Of a stretch of 64,000 nucleotides of DNA, positions 1 through 13,300 are shown piece after piece. How positions within the stretch are numbered: the stretch's first letter is position 1; every line of letters begins with the position of its first letter. This DNA is from Podarcis cretensis (taxonomy: Eukaryota): assembly GCA_951804945.1 (NCBI GenBank), contig OX638154.1, forward strand, positions 47,368,001 through 47,432,000, read 5' to 3'. Under the pieces are notes generated by a model that saw only the letters and a list, made by a program, of their open reading frames with translations, was not told the DNA's origin and ran no database searches. The position numbers and the translations under genes were made by a program.

Positions 1-32
1 GAATAACTGCATTCTGTAAGCAGAAGCGATTA

Positions 33-255
33 CAGTAAGCCCACAACTTACATGGGGGTTGCATTTGGGGAATAGCACCTAAAGTCAGCATCGCATATAG
101 TCAAAACACATTGGGTGCAATGGCAGGTAGAATGCCAAAGGCTTTTTTTCCCAGTCACTGGCTTCCTTTCCAACCCTTATTTATTTATTCAAAAATGCCA
201 ACTGTGCAAAGTTAAATGCACACAAGTTACATGTACATAAGTTGTGGGCTTACTG
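33..255. mobile_element. Tc1/mariner (Tigger-like) MITE
   Basis: TIRs CAGTAAGCCCACAACTTA / TAAGTTGTGGGCTTACTG, preceded by TA. Confidence 0.75.
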
Positions 256-636
256 CATTTGTTCATTTAAAAAAAACTCAGTACCTAGAAATGAACCTGT
301 GTGGCCCCTTAAGTGATCTAGCAATCTTCCTATAAGAACAGTAGCCGGGAGCTGCTGATTCCTAATGTCAGTCTCAATACGGACATCTTCTCTGGCTTTG
401 TTTCAAATGGAGGCAGTTGCACACAGCACTTAAAGCATTAAGCATTGCTAAGAAGGCAGAGCTGAGCTGCATGCCAAGCTTCACCATTTTGGCCAAATAC
501 CACACCCCTGCACTGTAATGCACATTTGTTTGACCAAGTTTGACCCCAGTGTGCCTTGACCTAACAAGTCAGTTCCCCCCGCACACACACACACACACCA
601 CCAACAATCATCAGCATCCAATGACATGGAGAACAT

Positions 637-642
637 TTTATT
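637..642 (-). other. Candidate RH2 polyadenylation signal AATAAA
   Basis: TTTATT on + about 600 nt after the stop, followed on the minus strand by a GU-rich (TG)n tract at 582-600; alternative AATAAA at 180-189. Confidence 0.45.
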
Positions 643-810
643 TCCTTTTCTTTGTCTGTGCAAGTGAGCAGACAAGCTTTGTTTTGACTGTGTGTCAAGC
701 GGGGAGGTGTGAGTCGACAGGGCCTTTGTACAAACTGGAGTTCTCATGTACAAACAACACAAATAAATGTGATGAGGAGCAGACCCATTTCCACAAATGT
801 GTGCTGAATA

Positions 811-962
811 CATAGAATCATAGAATCGTAAAGTTGGAAGGGTCCATCTACAGAGTCATCTAGTGTGCCCCCCCTCCCTGCAATGCTGGAATATTTTGCC
901 CAACGTGGAACCCAGGACCCTGAGATTAGAATCTCATGCTGTACCGACTGAGCTATCCCAGG
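811..962 (-). mobile_element. tRNA-Lys-derived SINE with CR1-type (ATTCTATG)n tail, in putative RH2 3'UTR
   Basis: Minus strand starts GGATAGCTCAGTCGGTACAGCATGAGATTCTAATCTCAGGGT (tRNA-Lys-like) and ends with GATTCTATGATTCTATG. Confidence 0.7.
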
Positions 963-1238
963 TGTCATGGGCAGGTATTTGCCCAGAGGAATGCTTGCAT
1001 AAATGGTTATAGGATGCACACAACAATTGCAGAGAGGGAATTATGTAGATTACAAGTAGATACCATCAAAAGGGTTATGCTAGACTGTGCACTCCTGTAC
1101 GTGTATGGCATACAACATTTGTGCATAAAAGAAAAATTGGGTGAGAGGAACTCATAAACCAGAGCTCAGTTGAGTGAGCCCATTTCCATTTCCTGGTCCA
1201 AAGTGTGGCTGGTCACCAAAGGTCAAACTGTCCATAGC

Positions 1239-1370
1239 CTATGCAGGTGACACTTGGCTGGAGGAGATAGAGGATACCTCAGTTTTGCTTTGGGATACAG
1301 TTGATGAGACATCATCGTCCCCAAAGGGGTTCTTGCCACAGCAGATTGTGGTGATCATGCAATTACGGAA
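1239..1370 (-). CDS. RH2: RH2 opsin exon 5 (coding part, ends TAG)
   Basis: Manual translation [43 protein letters not shown]; pyrimidine tract plus ccag acceptor at 1371. Confidence 0.96.
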   Translation of the reverse strand, partial: FRNCMITTICCGKNPFGDDDVSSTVSQSKTEVSSISSSQVSPA

Positions 1371-4300
1371 CTGGAAAGAGAAAAAGAGAACAGAGATGCT
1401 CTGGAACAATTAATGTGTACCACACAGAGAAGCTCAGCTGCAAGGGAGATATTCTGGTAGAAAGCAGAGGGTCTCTGCATGCCTCGTTGGGCTGTCAACT
1501 CTAGGCATATTAACTGTCATCACAAATATGTGTTTTCAGAGTAGCAACTCAATGGCAGTATGACATTCCAAGTAACTCATGTAGCAGAATAAGATACACT
1601 ATTGCATCCACTTGGACTTTGGACTTGGTTAGCAGGAATTGACATTAACTAATAGCCACTGAGATTTAATTGTTTTTATGTTCCCCCTTTGACAAAGACA
1701 TTTATCAAGAGAGCTATATTAACATTCAGAACTGTATTGTCCGAAACCTGCAAATGAAGACTTCTAACACCACCTGGGGTTGAGGTTATTATTTAAGAGA
1801 GGAATATGCAATGTTTTAAGTGCAGAGAAGTTGGCAATGGAGTCTATTGGAGGGGAAGTCGCGTTCATTTCCCAATTCGGGGGGAATCTCACCTGTTTGT
1901 TCATGAGGACATAGATGATGGGATTGTAGAGGGACGAGCTCTTTGAGAAGAAGGCAGGCACTGACATGAGTGTAGCAGAAAAGTCTGCCCCTTTGTTGGT
2001 GAAGATCCAGAATGCCACCACAGCATAGGGGGTCCAGGCAAGCATAAACCCTAGCACCATCAAGATCACCATGCGGGTAACTTCTTTCTCTGCCTTCTGG
2101 GTGCTTGCAGACTCTTGCTGCTGAGCAGCTGCCTGGGGGTGCAAGAGAAGACAGTGACTCAAAAGGGCTCTTTCCAGCCAAGCAGCTATGGAGCTATTTC
2201 AACATCACCCTCAGAGTTGAGTTGCAGTTGCCTTGAACATCAGAAGAAGGCAGTAGACTGTTGTCCTCCAGTAGCCAAAACAGGACTGGCAACTGAAAGC
2301 TGTTCCATCATTTGTCCTTCCCTGCAGGGAAGTGGATGTTGGTGCTCATATCTTCTCTTTCCCCACTCCAGATTCCATTTGTCCAGGCAACCAGAAGAAG
2401 TCTATCTGCTGGTTTCTCCCTTTGGTTAAAGCAAGTTGAAGCTGTGGCTGTGAATTGGTCACAGTCCCCACTTCCTTTGGGTTGTGGGAGGTAAGTTCTC
2501 TGAGATATCTCCTATATTCTTCCAGTGGTCAAAACAAGTGGTGGGAAAATGAGTTTCAAACATTTCCTCATGTAAGAGGCTAATGTCTGAATTGGCCCTT
2601 CCATGAGACCAGAGGCCTAGAATATTTGGGGCTCAGATCACATTCACACCACACTTTATGATACCACTTTAAACAGTCCTGGCTTCCCAAAGAATTTTGG
2701 GAGCTGTTGTCTGCTAAGGGTTCTGAGTGTTGTTTGAAGACCCCTATTCTCCTCACAAAACTACAATTCCCAGAATGGTTTAACAGTAAATCCTGTTTCA
2801 CAGGGAATTCTGGGAACTGTAGCTCTGTGGGGAGAAATCAGGGTCTCCTAACAACTCTCCCATAATTCTCTGGGGGAAGCCATGGGTGTCTAAAGTGGTA
2901 TGATATTGCTTTATATGTATGGTGTGAATGTGGCCTGAGAAGCAACAAAACAGACCAGGTGCACCTATAAAGTTGTCCCCAATTCGGAGACCCTTGTGGA
3001 TATACAAATTCCACTATTACATATTACAAATGACTTGTGATCTTGCCTATTCAAAGTGTGTAGCCTTCCCATTTGTCTCCCTTATAGAGCCTCCATAAAA
3101 CCTAGATGCATATATAACAGTGAAGTCATGCCCAGCTATCTCTATGACCGCCCATCAAGGTGGAACCAGCCTGCAGCATCCCTGAGACAGTCCAGTGTAC
3201 ACCTCATTGCTCTTGGCCTCTGCCTCCTCATACCTTGAGTGTGGAGGGAGATACACTACCTCTCGGACTTTGCATATGAGCCGCCCATAGGAAAAGAAGA
3301 TGACCACCACAGGGATAACAAAGTGGATGGCAAACATATAGACAACGTAGGACTCGTTGTGGTAATCAGGGTTGAGGGTGTAGTAGTCTGGGCCACAGGA
3401 ACACTGCATCCCCTCAGGTATATATCTGTGAACAACAACAAAAACAAGTCAGTAAAGATGTTTATCTTACACAAAGCCTTTGGATCAGTACAAGAGTCAC
3501 TGGCTCAAGTAGAGTTGTTGCCACCAAATTTCACCTATAAGTCAAATTGTCAGCTAAATTTGGAGGTTCTTTCTGAGGTGAAACTTCTGAGGGTTTCAAA
3601 GGAAGCGCGAAGAATGTAGTTAAAACTAACAACTTTTCTCAGAGCAACTGCACACCTCCCTAAGTAGCCATTAACTAAATTTCAACATTAATGTGGAGGC
3701 GCTCACTTATCTGCAGCCTCTAAGAAGTTATGAGGGAAGCAAGAAAGCCTGCAAATTGTTTCAGGATGATTCCACTGATTCCCAGTTGATAGCATTAACT
3801 GAAGTCATTATAATTCCAGAATATCTTTCTGTGAAGTTTCTCTAGCAGTTTCCTGTCTTTGCACTCCCTTCTACATTTCCCTTCAACAGTTCAGAGATGC
3901 ACCAGAGATTCTTGCAGCATTCCATAGTCGCTTTTGACCTGGTCTCAGACATGTTCATCCACTATCCTTTAGTGTGAACTTTGACTTCCACTTTCAGCAC
4001 ACAGTTCTTTCCAGGCACTTCCATCCAATCCAGAGAAGTCCTGGGCTATATTCATCCTAGGCTAATAAGGGACCATAGTGTTTTTCTGGAAGATTGCTCA
4101 CCTGGTGCCTCTCTCCGAGATCAGTTGTGTCTCCAGAATTTTTGGGCAGGAGATGATTTGACAAAGGAGGTACAGTGGTACCTCGGGGTAAGAACTCAAT
4201 TCGTTCCAGAGGTCCGTTCTTAACCTGAAACTGTTCTTAACCTGAGACACCACTTTAGCTAATGGGGCCTCCCGCTGCCACCGTGTGATTTCTGTTCTCA

Positions 4301-7300
4301 TCCTGAGGTAAAGTTCTTAACCAGAGGTATTATTTCTGGGTTAGCAGAGTCTGTAACCTGAAGCGTCTATAACCTGAAGTGTCTGTAACCTGAGGTACCA
4401 CTGTACATCCAGTGATATATAACCACCTCCTGCTTACTCTAACGCAAGAGTGGGCAACCATTTTCTGTCAAAAACCACATTCCCTTGACGGTGATCTGTG
4501 GAGGTCCACATGCTATTGGTAGGTGAAACCAAAACCAGTAGCCGGCAGAGTCAGAACTGAAACAGGTTTAGGGAGCACAGAGGAAAAGAGAGGAGGGAAA
4601 TTCCTCTCTTTCTAGCTAGTGTTGATTTTAAACATCTTTGAATGTTTTTAAATGCCTTCTTTTAACTGTTTTTATCAAGAATTTTTATGTTTCATTTATA
4701 GGGTGGTACAATCAAGTGGTATACAAAAATTTGCTAAATAAATACATTGAATGAATGAAAAGAATAGAAAAAGAATAGAAAACAGGCAAATCTGATCTAG
4801 TCATCAACTGAAAGTCTTATGATTAATTAAAATGTCTAGGGAACACTGTCATATTCAAGCAACGACACCACATGCAGGGATCACCGGCTTTATTCTCTGG
4901 GGGACCCGGTGCCTCCTGCTCCCAGTCTCACAGGGACAATGCCATGCCATCATGTATATTCACTTGGAAGGAGGCAACAAATGAGTTGAACACATTCCCA
5001 ATGCGCTCCAAGCCGGCATGTTGCAGTTGGATGTATAACATCAGTTTGTTGTGACGCTCGCTGCCTCCCACGGGGAACTATCGATTTAGTCTAATCTCTG
5101 CGCAGCTGAGTGCGTGTGGTTGAACTTGTCAGACACCTGATCACGTTGTGGCAAGCAGATGAGGAAGGGAACAGAGATTATGTGGGTCCTTGAGGGCACT
5201 GCTAACTCTAAGGAGTCTGTAATTTGCAGCTGCCAAAGGAAGTGGAGCAGGGGAGTATCGAAGTGCCCATTTGCCAGGTCCTTATACCTAAGTAGCACAC
5301 AGCTAAGTTGTAAATAGAATTATAAACAATGTTTTAGAAGCAGAGCTGTGGAAGCCTAGTCTTAAATGTTCACTTGAGCTGCAAGTAACATAGTGTGTAA
5401 TAATAAGAGAGCATGCTAGAGCATTACTGCTTGATAAGGCACTAATATATTAAATACTGATACTTTCCACTTGTACATATGGGTGAGGTCTGTTGACCTG
5501 AACACCATTAGCACTCCATGAAAATTCACCAGTATGTCCAGGACTGCAGTTAAGATTTACCACCAATGGGGGGACAAAGGGGCAGTTCCACCAGGCGAAA
5601 AATTCTTAGAGGCACAAAATTTCAACACCCACTGTTGCCTCAATACAGCTACGTGCTTCCATCGCTGGGGTCCGTTGAAAATGGCTTCTCCATGGGAACC
5701 AAGAAGTGACCTCTCCAGACAACTGGACAACTTCTCTTTTCTTATCTCCTGGGTGGGCAATCTCCTGGGTGGTGCAGATGCCATTAGGCAGATGAACACA
5801 TGCATATTCTGCCAGGTCCCGTTGCAACCCACACTAGGCCACTGCAACCAATGGTGAGGTTTTTCGGTAATGGCTACTGATTTTGTGTTTCCATATACTA
5901 AGGACCAGAAACTGTCAGATGTAGAAGAAAACTGTTCAGCTTATATGGGGGGGGGGGCACACAAACTATTGCCTTTTTTCCAAAAAGGGCTTGAATTTGT
6001 GTTTCTCGAACAGCAGGCCTCCAATGCCCCATGGCAAACTGCTTTTGAAATGGAGATGAAATTCCAAAGGTGTTTGTGATGCAGCATAAAGGCTGCTTTT
6101 CAAAGAAAAAAAAGTCAAGCATCTTGCTGGGCACCCCATGGGCTCTGTGGATCTTGGCCATTGTGTGTGAAGAAAAAGATTAGGTGTGTGAGTCACTGCT
6201 TTTACTTTGCTGGTGCAAACCTTGGATTTGGGAAGCTAAATGGAAGCTGTGGGGAATATTTCTGTGTTGGAAGGCTGGAAATGGAGATACTGAATAGACA
6301 GCCTTCTATGATAGAGAAATCCCTTGTCTTTCCATTGAACTGTAAGCAAATACTAAGGCAATTCACGATGCCCGGCATGGTGACCCAATGCAGATTATCA
6401 CCCAGCTCCTTCCCATTATTGCTGTTCAGAAGTAAATGGCAATTGATTAAGCACCACATCTGAAAAGCATGACCTCAGCTTTCCTTACTTGCACGAGGAA
6501 ACCCACAGACTCTGAGAATGACACAAATGCATACGGATCTACTGAATGGTTCAAGGCTGTTAAAATGGGACTCACCATCTTTTCGTTAAAGCTAAGGTTA
6601 ATTTGTAGCAGCTGCTGGAGTAGAAATAGATTGTCTCTGTGTGCACGTGTGCTTAAAAGAGATGCTGTGTGTGTGCCCGGGCACATGTGCAAGCATGCAT
6701 GCACAAATATGCCTCGGGCACTCCAGAAGAGAAAGCAGCTGTTAAATGGAGCACAGCAGGTGGGACATGGCATTAGACAATTGCATTACAAGCAGCCAGC
6801 ACTTCCACTAAACTCTCAGCTTAGTACAGAGAATCTCTCCTCTCCCGGGCGCTTCACCCCCTTCACTTAAGGGCTTGGGCTTCTCAGACTAAATAGTGGA
6901 AAGTTTAGAAGACTCTGGGTGACTTGTGAAGACCTCATATAACCAATTTTACGGCATGCCAAACTGACTTTGCCCTTATCCACTCAACTCACCCACATTC
7001 TCACTGCATGAGTGAGTGGGCCTGAAATTAGAGAATTAATGGTTCTACTGAGAATGATGCCTCAAACTGAGATGCCTCAGTTGTCTGCCACGAGTGAGAC
7101 CCCATGGAGATATTTAATAATAATAATAATTTTATTATTTATACCCCACCCATATGGCTGGGTTGCCCCAGCCACTCTGGGTGGCTTCCAACGCATATAA
7201 AAACATAATAAAAGTCAAACATTAAAAACTTCCTGATACAGGGCTGCCTTCAGATATCTTCTAAAAGTTTGTAGTTCTTTATCTCCTTGACATCTGATGG

Positions 7301-10300
7301 GAGGGCATTCCACAGGGAGGGAAATATTTAGAAGTTGATGTCAGAAATTGACAGAATCATCATACAACAGGTACCCAGATTAATCTGGAACAGGGTGATT
7401 TAATCTCTATGATGAACTTTTGCCAAAATGCATAGAAATGCATTCAAATTTACTCATTCTTATGTGAATATAAGGAAATTGCACATACAGGCTTGGATGT
7501 GCAGGCATTCCCAAAATTTCTGTTCAATTCTGCTTCCATATCTGATATTGTACAGTACTCCAAGTGCCAGCCTTGGTAAGTAAATGGGATTGATGCCTAT
7601 GAAAAGAGATCAAGTCTATAGCTGTTCCCATAATTACTTCTTAGCTAGTCAGTTCCTAACTACCGGTAATTGGATTTCAGTATTTAGTCAGTGCAACATA
7701 GTACCCCAGTGTTGTATATAATGCAAAACTATCATTTTTACTTACCTGGACCAACCAAAAAGGGGTGGACATGCACAGGATAGGGACATAACCCAAGTAA
7801 AAGCAATGCCCATCAAGGCATGGGAGGAAGAGAAGCGGAAGTTTCCCATTGGTTTACAGACCACGATATAGCGCTCTATGGCAAGAACAACCAGTGACCA
7901 GAGAGCAACCTGACCTGCAAGTAATAAGGGGGAGAGAAAAACACAAAGCAATGAAATGCAATTAATGTATATAGGTTGGTTGGATGCCCTTTGTGGGGGT
8001 TTGCCTAATTCAGGTCTTTTTAAGACAGCACAGAAGCATGATGTGCTGGTTTCAGCGAAGGATGGGGAATCAGGAGCCTCGTAGTTTACATTACATCATC
8101 TGAGTCCACATTTAATGGAAGATGGTCTGCAAGACCTGTGGTGCATGGCATGGCGATGCAAAAGCTCCTGACAAAATGCCAACAGTGGTATAAGTATTAT
8201 CATCCTTTGATTGTGTACATGAGCATATGGGCCTATTAATCTCTTTATCAAATGTAATCAAAACTCAGGGGATTATCTGAGCCTAGGCTGTGCCTTAAGC
8301 CTATTAATGCCCTCAGCATGTGATTATCCAGTGATAAGTATGCAGGGTTTCATGTTGGAAAGGCAGCTGCCGCTTTTATATCTAGACTGTTCTTTTCACT
8401 CTCCATTTGAAATATAACATGATTCTCCCCCCCCCCCCCCCCCGAGATGGTATCTCACTTACAGTGTTGTTTTCCTGTGGACCTAGGACAAGTTTTTGTC
8501 TTAAGTGTAAAGTGTAAAGTGATGCTTCACATTTTCCTGTTACGTCATGAACATGCATGTGCCTTGTTTTGTAATTATTTGAAGATACGCACATCCTTTT
8601 CATATAATCCTATTGGGACCTTATAATCACCATTTGGATTATTCTCTTGTTGTAGGGAATGCTTGTCAATGCTCATTTATAAACAACTCATTTATTTCAA
8701 AGCAAGAGAAAATGTGAGGGCAGGTGCACATCAGGAAATTCTGGGGCAAGTTTGATGCATTAAACAGAAGTGTAGAATTTGGTCAAAAATTGTGGCTTAA
8801 CTGCAGCACTAAAATGGGAGCTTTCTCATTTCTTACTAAGGATTTAGTCTGCTCCAGCTCTTTGACTCCAGCTCTTTTTATTTTGGTTTATCCCTCCTTG
8901 TGTGATGAGATGTCCCACATCTACTGACCAACAAACAAGGCACACCACAACCATTACCAACTGATAGTGAAGATTTCGCTAGGGTTCAAGCTTGGCTGGT
9001 TTGGATTAGCCAACTAAATTACATGAAAAGGTTGCTCGTTTAGTGGGTGAATAAAGACAACATGCACTGATTCTGCCTTGAAAAGCACTGAGGGAGGCAG
9101 GGGGGCTCCCTCAAATCTCAGTTACATTTCTGGGACTCGTGAATCTGCTCCAGATTCCAGTTTGGCTACTAGAGCACATAGCCAGAAGCGCAACAAATGC
9201 TGACATGTTGTGAAAGGGAATTACTTTTGCCTTGGAATCCTGCAGTACTGAAAGAGAAAACCCATCTGTGTAGCCAGTAGCAGCCTTGCAATCACTCCTG
9301 TTCACTACATGGACAAAGGAGGAGAGCTGTCATCGGATGTGCTCCTAAAGAAACACATGGAACCCTTTGAAGTTGCACATTTATTCTTGCAGAGATTTTT
9401 TTACCCAGCTCAAGCTAGAAACAAGTGACTTTTCTTTTCTTGATGCTCTTAATGACTTCTTTAGTCTCAGAGCTCCTACTAGGTGTCTCTTTGAGCCGAT
9501 TCTTCATCACAAAGATACTTATAGAAGCCCCAGGCTATATTATCTTATTTCCCCTTTTCTGTTTTTTTGGGGGTGGTTTGTGCAGAGCTTTGAAGATGAC
9601 TTCTAACTGTTTCACCATTCTCACAGCACAACTAAAGATGCCAATAAACTTTGCCAAACTTGGGCCCAAAAAAGGACTTCAGTAGCACAAAGAAGAGGTG
9701 AATCTTCTCTGGCTTGGATTAAACTATTAGCTGAGAGGACTTCCTGGCTTAACCCTGCTTAGAAGGGCTGCATCTTGGAAAATTGCTGGTGTGACATAAA
9801 CATCTATCCCCTTCAAGGAACCCTCTTGCCCCATGGATCTCCTAAAGAGAGAGGGCTTTTATCCCCAAAGCAGCAGTTTTTCCAGGTGCAGTCTTTGCAA
9901 GCAGCCAATATGCAAATAGATGGAAACCCTTATCTCCATCTGTTTGCACAGAAACTACTTTCAAAGATTGCAGCTGTGGGGGAAATAGCAAATTCAGATT
10001 GGATCTGAAATTAGGTGATCTGTTTCCTGATTACAGAGAGAATCATTTAGGTTATTTCCAAACCAAATCAGCACGAACCAGATGGAGTTCTACCATCTTT
10101 AGACACAATTAGGTTTGACCCACCAGGAGATCCAAGATTGGGATCTCCCACAGATTTTTTAAAGAACTAATAGCAGCTGGAGGATGGTGATCTGGTATAT
10201 TTTTGCCTCCATGCAGATTCCCCAATAAAATTGCTCCCTTCCCCTAAGCTATTTTTCCTGTGGTGGAAATCACACGTGTTTCAAATGTTATTTTTATCAG

Positions 10301-13300
10301 CGTCTGGGAGTGTTTCTGTATAAAGAACATGGAATAAACATTTTGAATACAAATAAATAAGAAAGATGTGGGGTAGTATGTTTTTTCTCTCAGAGAGCAA
10401 ATAGCATGTTGGATAGAGGGTGCTGATTTTTAGTTCAGAAAAACCACATGGAATTGGGTTGCAAGCCTCAATGCCAGTACTGCAGCCCCAATCTGAATGT
10501 TCTCACTAGGGAGGTATTCACTTTTTTCAAAGGTTCGCATGAAGCCTTGATCATGGCTCTCTCATGTCATGTTTAGTTGTGTCCACAGGAATTACTCCAT
10601 GGCCTCACCCCATCTTGGAATGTGAGCTCACCTGAGAGCGCTTGGGCTTCCCTTTGACTCCAGGAAGCAGGAAGATGCTACTGGCAGGTTGTTCAATGGC
10701 TCCCAACTGGAGCACCTTGGCTGTGCCTTGAATCCATTTGCTCATTCTTCTCTTACTCTTGCCATGCTTTTCCTTGACTCTCTCTGTATCTTGCCACATC
10801 TCTTCCCTGCTCTCTGCCTGTTTACTGTTAGCTTCCGTCTGTACCTATTATGCTACCTATGTCCTGGCTTTCCCCCTGAAACTCAGTCCCTCTGAAACAC
10901 ACAAAACATCCTCTTCTCTGGCACAGCACCAATTTTTCTCCAAATGTCAACTGCCTTATCTCATTCCAAAACCATAATCATGGTTTGGACTGTTTATTTA
11001 AAAAAAGGCTGGCATGTATAGCTTATCTTATGGTATGTCCATGTTAGTTATTTTGTATCGGCTGGTTGTGCTCCAGCTTTACAGTAATATAGATTAAGCA
11101 CAGATTTCACTTCTTCGCATTGAAATCAGTGAAATTTACAAGTTCCTACTTGTAACTAGATTTTTTGTCTATGTAGAAAACAATCAGAACCTTCCGTTTT
11201 CAAGCCAAAACTTAGAGAGAATTGTGTGTTCAAGTATTAGCCTTAATATTCTGAAAAAGCAACATATGATTAGCAGGCTGGTGTTTCCCTCTCAGGACCA
11301 CAGCAAGAAGTGAAGTACATGGCACAGTCCAGTTTGGTCCTGCAATTGCCCTTTTAAGTTATATAGATGGAAACCAATGCCAGGAAAAGCCGCCCAGACT
11401 ATGTGGATTTTAAGGACTGTGTTCTACATGATTGCCTCCAATTCCCATAAGGAGCATCATGCAGATGTGCGCTGAGCATTTTCTTTGGCAGTGCAGAGAA
11501 TAATGCGGCACCAGCTGTGTCCTTTCAGAGCCTCTTTTGGAGATGTGTCCAGTGGAATAAGAAGTGACATTTTTCATCTATTTGAGCATTAGACAAAATG
11601 TGAGAAATTTGCAGGACATGAGATACTTCTCAAGCAGAGGAAATAACAACACTGACTTGATTCATAATCTAGTTAGGGCATAGGTTTTCATTTATCAATG
11701 GTAAATTTGCCTTCAGTTGAGTACCTCCCCGTTGTCTACCTGCATCTCCAAACATAAAGAATTGTATATATTTTATGGCATGCACATTGAAAATAAATGT
11801 GTGTTTTTATTTTTTTGCGCGCACACAGGCTTGACATAATAATAAAGATCATAGAGATTTCCTCACCCTTATAGGGTTGCCATACATCCAGAATTTCCCA
11901 GACATACCTGGAATACTGCAGTGTCCAGGCAAAAATTGATAAAATGTCTGGGGAGATCAGGATGTACGGCAACTCATGCTGTCAGTGTTTGAAGTTGTAT
12001 TTTCACTTTTTGAAATATGGCAACCCTAGTATATGTTAACTATATTAAAACTTGGCTTGCTTTAGCCCTGGAGTGATGTCAGTGTGGTTGAACTAGGCAT
12101 GGGCTTTGTTCCATGTGCCCAAGTAGGAGCTGTTTTATCCCTGAAATATTCATTCCAGAGAGCAAGGGCCAAAGATTCAGCATTGCTTAGTTTGTGTTCT
12201 CTCCAGATGGCAGAGAAACAACAGAGCACATAGACTCCATAGGGAAATGGTTTCCATAGGGTAATAATGTTCTCTTGCAACTTGCAATGCAGAAAAGCAG
12301 TTCTTAAATGAACTCCAATAGGTTTGCCAGAAGAGATACCCAATTCAATTTTATGCTGTTGGAAGCCTATGGGATAGAGTCTCCTGTCCGCATATGGCAA
12401 CATCTCCTACTGCAAGTTTAGTGCACTGGAATTTATTTGTTGGACCGCTTCTCTTCCCATGTGAAACAATAATCTCCTGTCAGTAGGAATGCTTAAGTAA
12501 AACGTTCCTTACAAACAGAAAGGATCTAGGGGGCACAACATTTTCTATTCATTCACTGGAACTGTGCCTTTCTTACTACAGATGGAATTTCATATTTCCC
12601 TGAGGATGTTACACTGACATACACAAACCAGCCTCTACCAAATTTCCATCATTTGAGACACAACCTACATGGAAACTGTCTCCATATAGGAAAAATCATG
12701 TGTTGATTACCGTACACAATGACTGCACACAGATATGTGTCGCAGTGTGTACAATGCTTTTTAGGTAGGAATTTTGTCAAATGAGCAACCACAAGTCTTT
12801 GAACCAGTAGATACAATGAATAATGAAATATTTCATATATATTTTTAGTAATTATAGTTGAAGCAAATGAAGGGGGATTCATATCTTCATAAAGTTGGCC
12901 ACTAATTCAAATAAAAAAATAATACATAAATGGGTCAGGATGGACAAAACTGTCCATTTTGGTTGCCTAAGTTTCTCAGTCTTAAAATGAGTTCGGTACA
13001 TTTTTGGAGCGATAAGCTTTTCTTTTAAAAATCTTCATGAAAATTCACGAAGAACTTCTAATAAACACATTTTTGTATGTATTTGACTAATGTACACATT
13101 TTTGCAAGCAATTTCCCCAATATAATTATTTTCACCAATATATGCATTTTATAGGCATTTCTCCCTAACATACACATTTTTGTACATTTTGGTTGGTTGG
13201 AGAACTGCACTGCAAAATTCAGAGACGCACAAATTTCAAAGGATAGCTGTGTTTGGTTCACATATTCAAGATGTCTGATGATAAATGAACCCAACGTAGG

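Noticed and set aside
905-962. tRNA-Lys gene
   Set aside because: Degenerate 3' half fused to a CR1-type tail; it is a SINE head
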